A stretch of DNA of 63,641 bases, taken from an uncultured Bacteroides sp. (GTDB lineage Bacteria > Bacteroidota > Bacteroidia > Bacteroidales > JACABE01). The stretch is from NCBI GenBank assembly GCA_964646395.1, contig CAZYEM010000001.1, positions 1-63,641 on the forward strand, given 5' to 3'. Position numbers and translations under genes: made by a program. The notes beneath the pieces are model-generated. The model searched no databases. It saw nothing but the letters and a program-made list of their open reading frames with translations, and was not told the origin of the DNA. Positions 63,490-63,641 of this stretch are shown here, piece by piece (within the stretch, counting starts at the first letter, position 1; each line of letters begins with the position of its first letter).

Positions 63490-63539
63490 TGGTACCACAA
63501 ATATAGTATAAATAAAATATTGGTACCAAATATTTGGTA
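63490..63539. promoter_or_regulatory. operator-like palindromes (TGGTACCA twice; 16-bp TACCAAATATTTGGTA)
   Basis: TGGTACCA occurs at 63490-63497 and 63521-63528. A perfect 16-bp palindrome lies at 63524-63539. All sit upstream of the HTH gene, between it and the right ITR. Confidence 0.5.
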
Positions 63540-63586
63540 TGTTTTTTATATTATTAGCAAATCACCTACCCATTCCCCTCCTTCAT

Positions 63587-63641
63587 ACCAATACCAACAC
63601 ATCCCCCTAACCACATACATACAACTGCCTGACCTGACCAC
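63587..63641. repeat. Right terminal inverted repeat (55 bp)
   Basis: It is the exact reverse complement of nt 1-55. Confidence 0.9.

Noticed and set aside
63474-63500. A TTG-initiated extension of the terminal HTH gene.
   Set aside because: It is a non-ATG start embedded in the TGGTACCA operator-like site. The ATG at 63473 gives a compact HTH protein.
1-63641. I looked for an integrase, excisionase or CI-type lysogeny module, tRNAs, CRISPR arrays, and DGR or retron reverse transcriptases.
   Set aside because: None was found by eye. Intergenic gaps are too short or too AT-rich for tRNAs. No tyrosine or serine recombinase motifs were seen. The phage is therefore provisionally treated as virulent.

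Overview
The window looks like one complete linear dsDNA phage genome of 63,641 bp. It is very AT-rich and is bounded by perfect 55-bp terminal inverted repeats. All family assignments come from reading motifs by eye; no database search was run.

The host is probably a Bacteroidota (Flavobacteriia-like) bacterium. The evidence is TTTG / TAnnTTTG promoters, A/T-rich leaders without Shine-Dalgarno sequences, a DUF4373 initiator and a BT4734/VirE-type primase-helicase.

Layout:
- 168-6855 (+): about 28 small early genes. They include a DUF1281/Api92-like protein, a minimal ATP-dependent ligase and several very acidic proteins.
- 6968-9677 (-): lysis cassette with an M15 endolysin, a holin-like protein and a spanin-like pair.
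- 9794-12667 (+): a lone, oppositely oriented 957-aa three-domain glycosyltransferase. Its C-terminal domain resembles the TibC/Aah autotransporter O-heptosyltransferases.
- 12639-59685 (-): one long leftward block. In transcription order it holds an HTH regulator, a replication module (DUF4373 initiator, primase-helicase, SSB), a GroES-like co-chaperonin, T7-like tail and internal-core genes including a 2543-aa giant protein, TerS/TerL, an 8-gene sugar-nucleotide/glycosyltransferase/methyltransferase island, portal, a ferritin-like protein, scaffold, major capsid protein, and four tail-fibre genes interleaved with two GIY-YIG homing endonucleases.
- 59779-62019 (+) and 62020-63500 (-): a right-end accessory module with NinG-like, HExxH, metallophosphoesterase and HTH proteins.

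I found no tRNA, CRISPR array, integrase, DNA polymerase or RNA polymerase.

The most interesting candidate system is a phage-encoded protein-glycosylation apparatus. It combines a GDP-mannose 3,5-epimerase, a GT11 fucosyl/L-galactosyl-type transferase, GT2, GT25 and GT47 enzymes, two methyltransferases and the BAHT-like protein O-glycosyltransferase. The predicted substrates are the proline-free Gly-Ser/Thr-Ser collagen-like tracts of the tail fibres.

Other notable points are the ferritin-like gene inside the portal-scaffold-capsid operon, the ITR ends without any recognisable end-replication enzyme, a kinase-like plus gluzincin module in the giant internal protein, and homing endonucleases bracketing a fibre cassette.
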